DNA of 64,000 bases from Mobula hypostoma (taxonomy: Eukaryota), in assembly GCF_963921235.1 (NCBI RefSeq), contig NC_086097.1, positions 60,762,001 through 60,826,000 on the forward strand. Direction: 5' to 3'. Position numbers and translations under genes: made by a program. The notes below the pieces were generated by a model. The model was not told the origin of the DNA and did no database searches. It worked only from the letters and a program-made list of their open reading frames with translations. Every line of letters starts with the position of its first letter. Position 1 is the stretch's first letter. Shown here in pieces: positions 11,912 to 25,401 of this stretch.

Positions 11912-12158
11912 TATTATGTTTGGTAACTCCAAAACCAATCAAAAGGAAAACATGGGAGATCAAGGATAACACATGTACTTCTTAGTTTCACTTTTACTTT
12001 AAGTGAGGCGCACACTTATGACGTGGTGGTGTAAAGATGTTTGCCATTCATGTGCTTTTACATATAACCCATAACGAATTATGAACACAAAGAATGCTTA
12101 ATCAAACAATATATTCACAATATTATGCAAATATTACTGAACTATTAAATGTGCAAAA
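11912..12158 (-). repeat. 3' LTR of the Mag-like element
   Basis: Aligns by eye with 15525-15773 (shared GCACACTTATGACGTG, AACGAATTATG, AAAGAATGCTTA, CAAACAATATAT). Purine-rich AAGCAAGGAGG precedes it on the minus strand. Confidence 0.8.
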
Positions 12159-15100
12159 CGCCTCCTTGCTTAGTTACATATAAACTCCAACTCAATATAG
12201 AATGCATCTCAACTTATATACAGTACATACATATAAATACTCAGTATCCTCTAGAATACAAGTACTATATAGACTTCCTTAGCATAATAAATTTTAAATT
12301 GTTCCATTCAAGGATAAAATTTAATTATTGTGGAGGATCTCTTTCTTTTGTGGGATAATGTCTTTCCTGACAAGGGTGGTCACTCTGCTTAACAGGTGAA
12401 ACTAGTGGCTGCGAAATAGCTCACGTTCTGGGGCCTCCTCTGTGCCGGTTGAAGGAGTTACTGAGGTGACAGGAAGTGGTTCTGACAGCTTTGCACCCTT
12501 TTCTTCTGGAGGTGTTGGCATCTAGAACAGTTCATGGCAAGCTGCTCGATCTGCTGATCTGCCCCAGGTCACCAGACAAAGCTTCATGCCAATGTTTTCA
12601 TTTTCACCATGCCTAGATAACTGGCATATAGCTCCTCCAACATTTTAGCTCTCAGCTTGGATGATACACCAACTTTCAGTCACCATATAAGGGAACCTCC
12701 CTCCAGCTTCATCGCGATACTGGTAAAATTGGGGAATTGAAATTTCTGTTGCTCATTCCAGCCATTTTGGGATGTCATGAGACTTGAGAATCTGTGGGGT
12801 CTTTTCTGGTTCTTCTTTGGATCATCACTTTTGTAATAGGAAACTTTAGAATTCCTTTAGGGAGAATACGTCAAGAGGAGTGTCCTCTTTTGTAAAGTTT
12901 TCAGATATTTCCTTTTCCAAGGGTAAATAGGACAATCCATCAGCATTTCCATTAGTTGTCCTCTTGTAAGTGTGTGCTTCTAGAAACAGACATTATCTCT
13001 GCATTCATGCCACTGTTGTTAGTAAACATCCTTATGTGGATTAAAAATGGATACTAATAATCAATGTTCAGTTATGATGGCAAACTTTCTCCTGTACAAG
13101 TCCTGGCGAAATGTTTTACACCCCAAAACAGACTCAAGGCTTTCTGATAATCCGTGTATAATTTTTCTCTGCAGTGGTAAGGGAATTTGATGCAAAAGCT
13201 GTGGGACATTTCCTTCCATCATATCATAATATGTGACATGATTTACTTTTTGGAAAGCCACCTCATATCGTTTTGTCTATTGATATTTCTTCCCAATCTG
13301 TATTAATGAGTTCAATGGGTGGTGCACAGTAGCCAGATTTGACTGGAACTTAGTATACTGATTGTCAAATCCTTAAAGGACCACAACTGTGATATATCTG
13401 TTGTGTCGATGCTGTAACTACGGTAAGAGATGCTTGGTTTAAAGAATTTACACTTGTTGCATCGCACTCTGAGCACATAATCTTCTTTTTATCACTCTCT
13501 TGAGATTTTGGAGATGATCCTTATCATCCTTACTAGTAATTCTGAGTGCCTGGTAGCCTTGTAGCACCTGGCCCATAGGTTTTTTCAGAGTGTAGGTGTA
13601 GATGCTACTCGCGCAAAAAAAAAATAGCCTATTATAGCAATAAAGCCCTTTGTGAATGTTTATGGTGTGAAATACTTTGGACATCTTTTTCATCTCTATC
13701 TGTAGGTAGGACTCAGCTAAGTCCATTTTGCTGAATTGTTTTCCTCTAAAAAGAATGGCAAATATATCCTCTGCCCTGGGCAGAGTGCATTGAAGTACTT
13801 TCAGTACTGGGATTATGATTACCTTAAAATCACCACAGATCCCGACAGACCCATTCTTCTCTGTTACTGGGATCACAAGTGATGCCCATGGGCTCCACTC
13901 AACATTGGAAAGAATTTCTTCTGCCTCCATGCAATCTTGATTACTAGCTACTTTTTTTCACGGATGATGTAAGTTACCAGCTGAGCTTAGTAAACACTTA
14001 GATGTAGCATTTTCATTTAATGCTATTTTACCCTTGAGAAGTTAGAGTTTTCCAATGCCATCCTTGAACACTGATGTAGCATCATCCAGTACCTTTCAAT
14101 TGATTCTATTGTAGAGAGTGTGGCATGCAAATGGTAGATGGATCTCCAAACAATTTGTAATTGTCTCAGCCAGTCATGGACCTACAATGATGATCCTGCT
14201 GTGCCTACCACATACAAGCTCAACACTGCTTGTTTATTGGTGTATTTCACTGTTCTGAATGTCATTCCCACAGGGGAGATATTTTCTCTTGTATAAGTTC
14301 TTAGTTGGATATCTGCAGGCTTCAGTTTAGTATCTTTGAAATGCTATTCAGACTCTTGTTGTGGAATGACTGAAACAGTCGAGTCATTATACAATTCCAT
14401 TTTAATTAACTTGCCGTTCAATTCTGGTGTAAGCTTGTCTCTTGCTAGTTTTCACATTGTAAATCTTAAGGCCTCCCAGTCCTGTGTTACTTTCATGATT
14501 ATCAAATTTTTCATCAAGAGCATGCAGATTAATACTCTTTTTCAAATTGCAACTTGACTTTATAACTTTTTCTCTTCCCTGTGCAGTCCATTTATTTCTG
14601 TCTGCCTGACGTGTTCTTTGTATGCATCCTGTTTTGTTGCATTTTCCACAAGTTTCACCTTTAAACCTGCATTGGTCTGACGTTCATGAGCCCCTGCACA
14701 ACAATAACACAATTTGTTCAGCCAGGAAGGTTTCTGTTTTGATGTTGCTATTTTGTTCGTGCTCACTTTCATTGCTAAATGCAACTCAATTGTGTCTCTG
14801 TCGGCTGTATCCATTTTCATACAATAATTTCAACTGCTCTTTTAAATGTGAGTAATGCTTCAGTTTGGAACTATTTTTGAATGCTGTCTTGTAAGTTTCC
14901 ACAAACTAAACGATCTCTTAGTGCATCATTAAGCATATCACTGAATGGACAATTCTCAGACAACTTCTTCAATTCAGCGATGTAAGCTGAAATTGACTCC
15001 CCTTCCTTTTGGTTCAGCTTATGAAACCTAAAGCATTCTGCAATCAACAATGGTTTTGGTTCTAAATGTTTCTGCATTACTTTCACGATATCAGCAATGC

Positions 15101-15524
15101 TTATTTTGGCTGTTTTGTTGGAGCGATCAAACTTCTAAGCAAACTCTATGCCTTTCCACCCAATGTACTCAGCCACACTGGCACTTGCTTTACATTGGCG
15201 TTTTCATTTGCTTCAAAATACTGCCCAATTTGCTTAGTGTAAAGTATCCAGTTATCTCTTGTACAATGAAACATATCTATCTTTCCAATTTAGCTAGCCA
15301 TTTCTGCTTGCTTTTTTAAAATTTAGTAGTGTTATCACCTGGTACTCACAGTATATGAACCCGTGAATGTTGTTTGTTTTCTGCATTTTTTAACTCATCC
15401 ATATTGCTGTGCTTTTGTTTTTAACTCAACCATCTCACTATGCTTTTTTTAAACACAAATATCTTGCTGCACTTCAACAGGTAGGTAGTTGTCTTGGGTT
15501 TGTTTAAAACTTCCTCGTCATTAC

Positions 15525-15773
15525 TGTTATGTTTTGTAACACCAAAACTAATCAAAAGAGAAATAAATGTGACCCAGCATTACGCATGTACTTCTTTGTT
15601 TCATTTTTACGTTAATTGAGGTGCACACTTATGACGTGCTGGTGTCATGATATATACCATTCATGCATTTTGACATATAACCTGTAACGAATTATGTAAA
15701 CGCCAAAGAATGCTTAGTCAAACAATATATCACAATATTGCTCAAATATTAATGAAAAATTAAATACACAATA
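15525..15773 (-). repeat. 5' LTR of the Mag-like element
   Basis: Plus strand begins TGTTATG at 15525. Direct repeat of 11912-12158, adjacent to the PBS-like sequence. Confidence 0.8.
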
Positions 15774-15999
15774 CCTGTTATCTGTACTGACAAAATCAAC
15801 AAGTGTGTTTTTCCAACAACAGTGATCAGATTGGGCAGGCATATGGAACTAGGCAATGATCAGCTGTAATGTCAGTAGGTCTCAGAACCAACCTGGGTAG
15901 CTAAATAGTTTTAATCTACAATTCTGACATGATCATTTCCTGATTTGAGATACATTATCAAATCATCCACCCTTCTTTGAATGAAAGCAAATAACTTCA

Positions 16000-16650
16000 A
16001 CTTCTATGATGACTACAACTACTGTATTACCCTCTTTACTGACACAATCCTGGTAAATACCATTTGTACCTCATTCCTCATTCTGTGTGCTGTCCAGAAA
16101 TGAAAAGAAAAATATAGATGGAATGAAGCTAATGATTTTTATCAACTGTACCACAGACTCTGGAATTCTACACAATTTATGAGTCTTGTATTCCATATGC
16201 GTTGTTCACACTATTGTTTAGGAAACCTGTTACCTTCAAAGATTTGTGTACGAGTAACAGCTTGGTCTCTCACACAATCTTTCAAATTGTATTATGCATC
16301 ACCTTTCATTCTTTCCAGCAAATGTTAGCGCTTCACACTTAGCTGCATTTAATACCATCTGGCATCTGTCCACTCGCTTTCTTTTGAGACAACTTGCTGC
16401 TTCCTCGCTGTTTATGACACATCAACGTTTTATGTCTTCGGCTAATATTGAGATGTTGTCTTTAATTGCCATGTCCATGTCATTAATGTTTATCAGAAAC
16501 AGCAGTGGACCGAATAATGAATCCCAAGGAACCATCCACCAGCTGATAACAGGCACTTGCGTCAGCACTCATTTTTCTCTCATTTGGATAACTTTATGTC
16601 TGTGCTGCCACTGACTCTCTTATGCCATGGGGTTTCTATTTTACTAACAA
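16000..16650 (-). mobile_element. Old CR1/L2-group LINE fragment
   Basis: Antisense GxxLGPLLFLININD-like segment near 16480-16535, heavily decayed. Confidence 0.5.
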
Positions 16651-16859
16651 GCCTAAAAGGTACTGAATGATATTAACTACATTTTTCATTGTATCAAAGA
16701 AGGATTTGAAAAACCTGGAAATCCAGAATGGCGATAACTCATTTTCAAGGGGTACAGCGGAACTTGGCAGCAAAGATTTTAGGTCAGTTAGTGGAGGACT
16801 CCCTTCATCAGTAGCTGGCATTGCTGGTCCATAATTTCAATTCAGAATGTAGAATAAAT

Positions 16860-17335
16860 TAAATTGAATTGACTTTATTACTTACATCCTTTATATGCAT
16901 GAGGAGTAAAAATCATTATGTTATATTTCCGTCTAAATGTGCAATTTATAGTAATATATAATAAATAGTATGTACAACGGGACAGTCAATATAACATAGA
17001 AATACAGTTGTGTCAGCATGAATTTAGCAGTCTGATGGCCTATTGGAAGAAGCTGTCTCGGAGCCTGTTGGTCCTGACTTTTTTGCTGCGGTACTGTTTC
17101 CTGGATGGTTGCAGCTGGAACAGTTTGTGGTTGGGGTGACTCAGCTCCCTAATGATCCTTCGGGCCCTTTTTACGCACCTGTCTCTGTAAATGTCCTGAA
17201 CAATGGGAAGCTCACAACTACAGATGCACTAGGCTGTCGGCACCGTTCTCTGCAGACCCTGCGATTGAGGGAAGTACGGTTCCCATCCCAGGCAGGGATG
17301 CAGCCAGTCAAGATGCTCTCAGTTGTGCCCCTATA
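16860..17335 (-). mobile_element. Rex1/Babar LINE 3' fragment
   Basis: Plus strand GAAGAAGCTGTCTCGGAGCCTG is the antisense of RLRDSFF; AATAAA and a short-repeat tail lie near 16865-16880. Confidence 0.75.
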
Positions 17336-18337
17336 GAATTCTGGGGAGAAAGCACTACTAGCTTTAATCTGGACACAGCCCTGATTCTGTCATTCTAAAT
17401 TGAAGCGCTCAGGCAATACAAGACCAGAGCTCCAATGCAGCAGAACGCTAATCTCTTCTTTTTCATGTCAGCCAATAATACAAAGTCAATATTGCTGTAA
17501 TCTATTCTCTTATTCTTATTATGAGTGCCCCAGCTTTCTTATTTACTTGATATTCTTTTAAAAGCCTCTAAAATATAATACACAAGATTGGCCATCCTGC
17601 ATATAACTTTTACTTACGATGGAATGGAACGACAATGTCCCTGAACTCCTGTTGAATGAATTGCTTATATAACATTTGAGATGAAAACTTCTTTGATTGT
17701 TGTTTGTTCAACAGTTTTGTTTACATTCATTGCCGCTGTACTCCCTAGTCATTCTGCACCAGGTCGACAAAGCCATAGACCAGAGATATGCTACCCTTTG
17801 CAGCCCAACCTAAGTATGGCTGTAGCACCACAGAATGATGTTTTACCAGGGTATGTAACCTATTATTCACCCTGAGGCACCCCAGTATTTAAAGGTGTAT
17901 ATTATTATAAAATGTGTGATAAAAGCAGCTCAAACAAAAGCTGAGGAAGAGGCTGCAAGCGTTCATTGGAGAGGGGTAACAATAGAGTTTGAGCTATTAA
18001 AAGATTATCATGGTTAGTACAATTCCTCTGGAACTCCTGGAAAAACAATACCATTGAAAGAAGGTTCTGAATGAATGCTGGAACATAATGCAATAAAATA
18101 GTGGCTGGTAAGATTATTTGGTGGATAGAAAAGTGTATGGTTGCATCTTCTGTGTTGTGTACAGACATCTACTGATGCTTCTGGACACATCTTCAGTGAT
18201 GTTCCTGGAATCATCGGGTGTTTCCGGTCTTTCAACATCATACAACCTCCTCCAGGTGACCCAGCCGGGGCTGATCAGACCCCAGCTTGTGTCCAGATGG
18301 CTAGCTACTTATGACTCCATGGCTCCCCTCTTTTGAG

Positions 18338-19177
18338 TCACAGCCATCCTGAGGCCCTCTCTGCCGCATCGGTGGTACTGCGGATGGCTCTCCTCTTCCT
18401 CTCTCCCTCGATGCCCAAAATGCTGAAGGCTCTAACTAAAGAACGGGCTACGAATTCCCTACAACCAACCTCCACTGGGAGACACCTCACTCTCCATCCA
18501 GCCTGCTGACAGTTGCTGACCAGTCCTGCGTACTTGGAGAGCTTCCTTTCAAAGGCCTCTTCCAAGCGATCCTCCCATGGGACTGTCGGCTCCAGCAGCA
18601 CCACTTGCTTAGTAGACTCAGACACTAGGACAATGTCTGGTCGCAGGGTGGTGGCTGCGATATGGTTAGGGAACTTCAGCTGCCCTTCGAGGTCCACCAA
18701 CAGCTGCCAGTCCCTTGCAGAGGTCAGGATGCCTGCAGATGTTCTTCTGGCAGGTATTGGCTGCTCCCCAGCTCTGACAAAGGCAATGGTCTGCTTGGAG
18801 GGTTGGGACCGCTTCGCCCACTCAACTCCTGCGCTGACGGCTTCAGCAATGGTCTTCAGGACCTGATCATGCCTCCACCTGTACCATCCCTCACCAAGTG
18901 CCCTTGCACAGCTGCTGGGGATGTGCTCCAGGGTTCCTCGCTTGGAGCACAGTGGGCACGCAGATGACTCTGCCTTGCCCCATGTGTGCAGGTTTGATGG
19001 GCTTGGAAGCACATCGTACACTGCCTGGATGAGAAATTGGATGCGGTGTAGTTCGGCTTTCCAAAGATCAGCCCAGGTCACTTTCTTCTCAACCGCATTC
19101 TCCCATCTTGTCCAAGCTCCCTGTTGCTTCATTCCCACTGCCTTGAAGGCTCTCGTCTCCTCCACTACTGCTCTCAC
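18338..19177 (-). pseudogene. CCHC knuckle and RLE (PD-D/ExK) endonuclease domain of the Hero-like element
   Basis: 279-aa ORF containing the RHD, PD and E...K catalytic-type motifs. Confidence 0.85.
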
Positions 19178-20026
19178 CTCCTCCTGAACTAGACAACACC
19201 TTTCCTTCCCTCAGGTGTCCATCTGGGGAGTTGGGAAGGATCCTAGCCCAGCTCGGCCTCATGTGACCACTCCCAACAGCCTCCTATGACACAGCTTTGC
19301 CTCTGATTCCTGAACAGCTTCCTCTGCCCTCCACTTCCTGCCAGTCCTCACTTGGATCCCTACTCTAGCCACCTTCGGGTCACTTGAGTCCCTGTACTGT
19401 AACACTTCTCTGGCTCTTGTTACCTTGAATTCCTCCTCCAAGGATTTGAAGGGCAGTTGCAGTTTGTTGTGGTGTCCATAGAGTGAAATGCTGCTCAGGC
19501 TCTTTGGCAGCCCCAGCCATCTCCTGAAGTGGTTGCTAACCCTCCTCTCTAAGGTTTCGACTGTCGAGATCAGAACTGCATAGATGAGGAGGGGCCACAG
19601 GATTCTGGGAAGAATGCCATGCTGATACACCCAGACTTTAAACTTCCCAGGTAGGCCAAATTTGTCCACTGATTTCAGCCAGCCATCCAACTCAGTACAG
19701 GTCGCCTGCATGGATGTCATGTCCCTTAAAGAGCTGTCAAAAACTTTGCCTAAGCTTTTGACTGGCTTTTCTGTGATGGTTGGGATGGCTGTGCCTGTGA
19801 TGCTGAACTGGAACTTGTTCTCCACCTTCCCTTTCCTCAGCACCAGCAATCTTGATTTGGCAGTTTGAAATGCATCCGGGACCACTCCACCAGCTTTTCG
19901 AGCCCTTGCAGAATCCACCGGCAGCCTGGGACTGATTCTGTGGTTACTGTGAGGTCATCCATGAATACCCTGATAGGTGGTTGCCGTTGAGCAGATTTCA
20001 TTCTGGGCCCTCTGCACTCTGGTTCA

Positions 20027-22350
20027 TAGAACATACAACATAGAACATAGAATAGTACAGCACAGTACAGGCCCTTTGGCCCACAATGTTGTGCCAACCC
20101 TCAAACCCTGCCTCCCATTTAACCTCCCACGTTAAATTCCTCCATTTACCTGTCTAGTAGTCTCTTAAACTTCACTAGTGTATCTGCCTCCACCACTGAC
20201 TCAGGCAATGCATTCCACGCACCAGCCACTCTCTGAGTAAAAAACCTTCCTCTAATATCCCCCTTCAACTTTCCACCCCTTACCTTAAAGCCGTGTCCTC
20301 TTGTATTGAGCAGTGGTGCCCTGGGGAAAAGGCACTGGCTATCCACTCTATCTATTCTTCTTATTATCTTGTACACCTCTATCATGTCTCCTCTCATCCT
20401 CCTTCTCTCCAAAGAGTAAAGCCCTAGCTCCCTTAATCTCTGATCACAATGCATACTCTCTAAACCAGACAGCATCCTGGTAAATCTCCTCTGTACCCTT
20501 TCCAATGCTTCCACATCCTTCCTATAATGAGGCGACTAGAACTGGACACAGTACTCCAAGTGTGGCCTAACCAGAGTTTTATAGAGCTGCATCATTACAT
20601 CGCGACTCTTAAACTCTATCCCTCGACTTGTGAAAGCTAACACCCCATAAGCTTTCTTAACTACCCTATCCACCTGTGAGGCAACTTTCAGGGATCTGTG
20701 GACATGTTCCCCCAGATTCTTCTGCTCCTCCACACTACCAAGTATCCTGCCATTTACTTTGTACTCTGCCTTGGAGTTTGTCCTTCCAAAGTGTACCACC
20801 TCACACTTCTCCAAGTTGAACTCCATCTGCCACTTCTCAGCCCACTTCTGCATTCTATCAATGTCTCTCTGCAATCTTCGACAATCCTCTACACTATCTA
20901 CAACACCACCAACCTTTGTGTCGTCTGCAAACTTGCCAAACCACCCTTCTACCCCTACATCCAAGTCGTTAATAAAAATCACGAAAAATAGAGGTTCCAG
21001 AACAGATCCTTGTGGGACACCATTAGTCACAATCCTCCAATCTGAATGTACTCCCTCCACCATGACTCTCTGCCTTCTGCAAGCAAGGCAACGCTGAATC
21101 CACCTGGCCAAACTTCCCTGGATCCCATGCCTTCTGACTTTCTAAATAAGCCTACCGTGCAGAACCTTGTCAAATGCCTTACTAAAATCCATATAGATCA
21201 CATCCACTGCACTACCCTCATCTATATGCCTGGTCACCTCTTCAAAGAACTCTATCAGGCTTGTTAGACATGATCTGCCCTTCACAAACCCATGCTGACT
21301 GTCCCTGATCGGACCATGATTCTCTAAATGTCCGTAGATTCTACCTCTAAGAATCTTTTCCAACAGCTTTCCCACCACAGACGTAAGGCTCACTGGTCTA
21401 AAATTTCCCGGACTATCCCTACTAACTTTTTTGAACAAGGGGACAACATTCGCCTCCCTCCAATCCTCCAGTACCATTCCCGTGGACAACGAGGACATAA
21501 AGATCCTAGCCAGAGTCTCAGCAATCTCTTCCCTCGCCTTGTGGCGTAGCCTAGGGAAAATTCCGTCAGGCCCCGGGGACTTACCCGTCCTAATGCATTT
21601 TAACAACTCCAACACCTCCTATCCTTTAATATCAACATGCTCCAGAACATCAATCTCACTCATATTGTCCTCACCATCATCAAGTTCCCTCTCATTGGTG
21701 AATACCAAAGAGAAGTATTCATTGAGGACCTTGCTCACTTCCACAGCCTCCAGGCACATCTTCCCACCTTTATCTCTGATCAGTCCCACCTTCACTCCTG
21801 TCATCCTTTTTGTCTTCACATAATTGAAGAATGCCTTGAGGTTTTCCTTTACCCTACTCGCCAAGGCCTTCTCATGCCCCCTCCTTGCTCTTCTCAACCC
21901 CTTCTTAAGTTCCCTTCTTGCTTCCCTATATTCCTCAATAGACCCACCTGATCCTTGCTTCCTAAATCTCATGTATGCTGCCTTCTTCCACCTGACTAGA
22001 TTTTCCACCTCACTTGTCACCCATGGTTCCTTCACCCTACCATTCTTTATCTTCCTCACCGGGACAAATTTATCCCGAATATATCCTGCAAGAGATCTCT
22101 AAACATCGACCACATGTCTATAGTACATTTCCCTGCAAAAACATCATCCCAATTCACACCCACAAGTTCTAGCCTTATAGCCTCATAATTTGCCCTTCCC
22201 TAGTTAAAAATTTTCCTGTCCTCTCTGATTCTATCCTTTTCCATGATAATGCTAAAGGCCAGAGAGCAGTGGTCACTGTCCCCCAGATGCTCACCCACTG
22301 AGAGATCTGTGACCTAACCCGGTTCATTACCTAGTACTAGATCTAGTATG
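20027..22350 (-). mobile_element. 5'-truncated CR1 LINE inserted in the Hero RT
   Basis: ORFs 21619..22059, 21142..21615, 20536..21111 (GVPQGSVL, FADD) and 20146..20514, with a (TTCTATG)n-like tail at 20027-20052. Removing it restores the Hero frame NMLTKSA|EPECRGP. Confidence 0.92.
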
Positions 22351-24063
22351 GCAGACTTAGTGAGCATGTTCATGGCTAGGGAGAACAGTGTCACTGAGAT
22401 AGTGCACCCTGTGATGATGCCAATCTCCACCTTGTGCCAAGTTGATGTAATTGCTCCTGAAGAGATCCTCATCCTGAAGTTGCTGTAATAACCAGCGATA
22501 AGGTCTCTGATTCTGCTGGGGACGTGATATTTGGTCAGTGTGAGCTGCACCAGCTTGTGCGAAATGGAGCCATATGCATTTGCCAGGTTGAGCCACAACA
22601 CTGACAGGTTGCCCTTGTTCTCTCTGGCCTCCCTGATGAGCTGTGTCACCACACCGAAATGCCACCCTTCTGGGCTGATGTATCAATATAGGTGTTCTTT
22701 GCTAGGGAGGTGCACAGCCGGTTAGAAACAGCACTGAAGAAGATCTTCGCCTCGACATACAGCAGGGAGATGATGCGAAACTGATCTATCTGGGTGGCAT
22801 TTTCCTCCTTCGGGATCCACACTCTTTCAGCCACTCTCCACTGTTCTGAGATCTTCCCCCTTCTCCAGAAGGTTCTCAGGATCTTCCACAGACGCAGCAG
22901 GAGTTTGGGGCAGTTCTTGTACACTTTGTACGAGGTGTTGCTTGGTCCGGGAGCCAAGCTTGCCCTTGCTTTGCGGACAACCTCTCTGACTTCCTTTATT
23001 TGCAGCTCTGACATGTCGAACTGCATATCCAGTTCAGGTGGGTCTGTTAGGATGTCGCACTCTCCCAACTCCTGCTCTCTTTCAGGATCATTATATATCT
23101 TCTTCAGATGTTGGTCTATGTCTTCCTGCGAACAGGCCAGTTTCCCACTGCGCTTCTCCCCCAGCAACTCCTTGGTGAACTTGAAGGGGTTGGCGATAAA
23201 GGCAGCACGTTTTCGGGCCCTTTCACGTCGCCGCCTCCGATACCACCCTGCCCGGCGGAGGACCCTGATCTTCTTTTGTAGTATGCACATCAGCTGGGCC
23301 AAGCCAATGCGCTCCTCTTCTCCTGCCTCCTTGTATTGGGACTTCAGCGCTTTCATCTCCTGCCTGATGTTGTGGATCCTCAATGTCTTTGGTTCTTCGA
23401 GTAAGATGTTTTGGATCCTTCCTTCTCTTCTTCTCCGAACCGTTCGGCTGCGATACTGACAATAATTGTTGTCATTGCTTGCAGCTTCCTATCAACCCCT
23501 CCTTTTGCCGTTGCCTCCAGAATTTGGTTAACATTTCATCAAACTGCTTCCACAGTGAAGTCATGTTTGCTGCAGGCCACTTGATCCAACTCCTGTTAGA
23601 CTTGATGTTAGAGGGATTAGTTTGCAACACTTGGAGGTTCCGGGCACTATGGGGTGACTCCGGGCCTGGCCCCTCCTTCGTCTCACCAGGTTGGACACCT
23701 GCGTGTTGTGCTGCTCCTGCTCCCGCCAAACACTTCATCCTTGCTTGGTGGATTTTCAAGCCACGATTGTTCTTGCAGATTTTGCCACATGCTCACTGCT
23801 TCCTCATCATCATTTGTTCATTGCCTGGGCCTAATGCCATTATGTCCATCCGACTGAGGTGCTCATCCTCCCCACCTCTCGGGCACCCCTGGGGGTATCT
23901 TTCCCTTAGATTCATCATAGCTTTTGTGGGGGTCCTCCTCTCAGAGGACACAGATTGGGTTGCCAGCCCGTTCTGACCTGGTTGCCGTCTCTCCGGGCTG
24001 TCACTGACTCTCCAGTCATCACCACTCTTTCCTGGTTGTCACTGATGAACTCAGGGTGTAAGC

Positions 24064-24300
24064 TGTGTACATACATCTACTGATGCCTGATGCTTCTGGA
24101 CACACCCTCAGTGATGTTCCTGGAATCATCGGGTGTATCGGGTCTTTCAACATCATACAACCTCCTCCAGGTGACCCAGCCGGGGTTGATCAGACCCCAG
24201 CTTGTGTCTAGATGGCTAGCTACTTATGACTCCATGGCTCCCCTCTTTTGAGCCACAGCCATCTTGAGACCCTCTCTGCCTCATCGGTGGTACTGCGGAT
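24064..24300 (-). repeat. Second copy of the Hero 3' end, head-to-tail with the long element
   Basis: Near-identical direct repeat of 18156-18385, with a 7-nt CTGATGC duplication. Confidence 0.9.
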
Positions 24301-24867
24301 CACAGTGTAAAAATGGCTAAAAAGTGTAACTCAGAATAGATAGTTGAAAAACAGTTTTTGAGGATGCTCTGTTCTCATTTACAGATATTTTCAGTTTAAA
24401 ACTTTAAGAGAACTGCTTTTGATATCCTGTCATAATAAGATCCAGGAAATGAGGTAAGCTAGGCTCTCCAGACCCTCTCCAATCTTTTGGTAAACTCACC
24501 TTGAAGCAGAAGAAAGCCTTGCGATACTTCTGGCTGGACACTGTGCATTGATGGATTATCTAGCATTTGGTAATGCATCATGAATTGCACAGAAGGAATG
24601 GGTCAGACAGGATAATTACTTAGAAACAGCCTAATGGGGAATAGTAAATGTTAATCAAAAACCTCATAAAGCCCAAAGACAAATTGATTATTTTGTTCTT
24701 GCACCAGATAGAGGAATTCAGGCGATATTGAAATTATAAAGCGCCATAAAGTTTTGGTTCACAATTGAGGATCAAAGTTAATTTATTCTAGTGATATTTA
24801 TTTTAAAAATAAATAGAATTGAAATGAAAACTGCAGGGTTTTTTGGGGGGAATTGTGTGTTAAACCT

Positions 24868-25401
24868 ACAGTCATAGTCATACTTTATTGATCCCGGGGG
24901 AAATTGGTTTTCGTTACAGTTGCACCATAAATAATAAATAGTAATAACACCACAAATAGTTAAATAGTAATATGTAAATTATGCCAGGAAATAAGTCCAG
25001 GACCAGCCTATTGGCTCAGGGTGTCTGACCCTCCAAGGGAGAGTTGTAAAGTTTGACGGCCACAGGCAGGAATGACTTCCTATGACGCTCTGTGTTGCAT
25101 CTCGGTGGAATGAGTCTCTGGCTGAATGTACTCCTGTGCCCAACCAGTACATTATGTAGTGGATGGGAGACATTGTCCAAGATGGCATGCAACTTGGACA
25201 GCATCCTCTTTTCAGACACCACCGTCAGGGAGTCCAGTTCCATCCTCACAACATCACTGGCCTTACGAATGAGTTTGTTGATTCTGTTGGTGTTTGCTAC
25301 CCTCAGCCTGCTGCCCCAGCAGGCAACAGCAAACATGATCGCACTGGCCACCACAGACTCATAGAACATCCTCAGCATCGTCCGGCAGATGTTAAAGGAC
25401 C
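24868..25401 (-). mobile_element. Rex1-like LINE 3' fragment
   Basis: ORF 25016..25378 MFYESVVASAIMFAVACWGS...SHPLH...RHRKSFLPVAVKLYN, then AATAAA and an (ATGACT)n-like tail. Confidence 0.85.

Larger units (their letters stand above)
11912..15773 (-). mobile_element. Gypsy (Mag-like) LTR retrotransposon relic with both LTRs
   Basis: Direct repeats at 11912-12158 and 15525-15773. PBS-like TGACGAGG follows the 5' LTR. gag 14871..15086 (HLEPKPLLIAECFRFHKLNQKEGESISAYIAELKKL...LRDRLVCG); RT 13448..13930 (SPWAS...KNGSVGICGDFK). Confidence 0.88.
18156..24063 (-). mobile_element. Near full-length Hero/R2-group non-LTR retrotransposon (RT plus restriction-like endonuclease), interrupted by a CR1
   Basis: N-terminal zinc-finger-like ACGKICKNNRGLKIHQ (~23750-23795); RT (APGPS, FRIISLL, LANAYGSI, FMDD) in ORFs 22646..23383, 22314..22652, 19837..20097, 19259..19918; CCHC CPLC...EHIPSSC, RWRHDQV and RPDIVL...LLEPTVPWE...KLSKY in 18338..19177. 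Confidence 0.9.

Noticed and set aside
17681..17875. 64-aa plus-strand ORF or possible exon
   Set aside because: No homology recognised and splice signals are weak.
18204..18256. SECIS or canonical hammerhead in the Hero 3' UTR
   Set aside because: AUGA and GAAAC are present but the required core geometry is not met; kept only as a generic structure.
24384..24640. Good-looking splice-site pairs on both strands (plus 24384-24453; minus donor at 24500)
   Set aside because: The best-defined candidate exons have stops in all three frames; a non-coding exon cannot be excluded.
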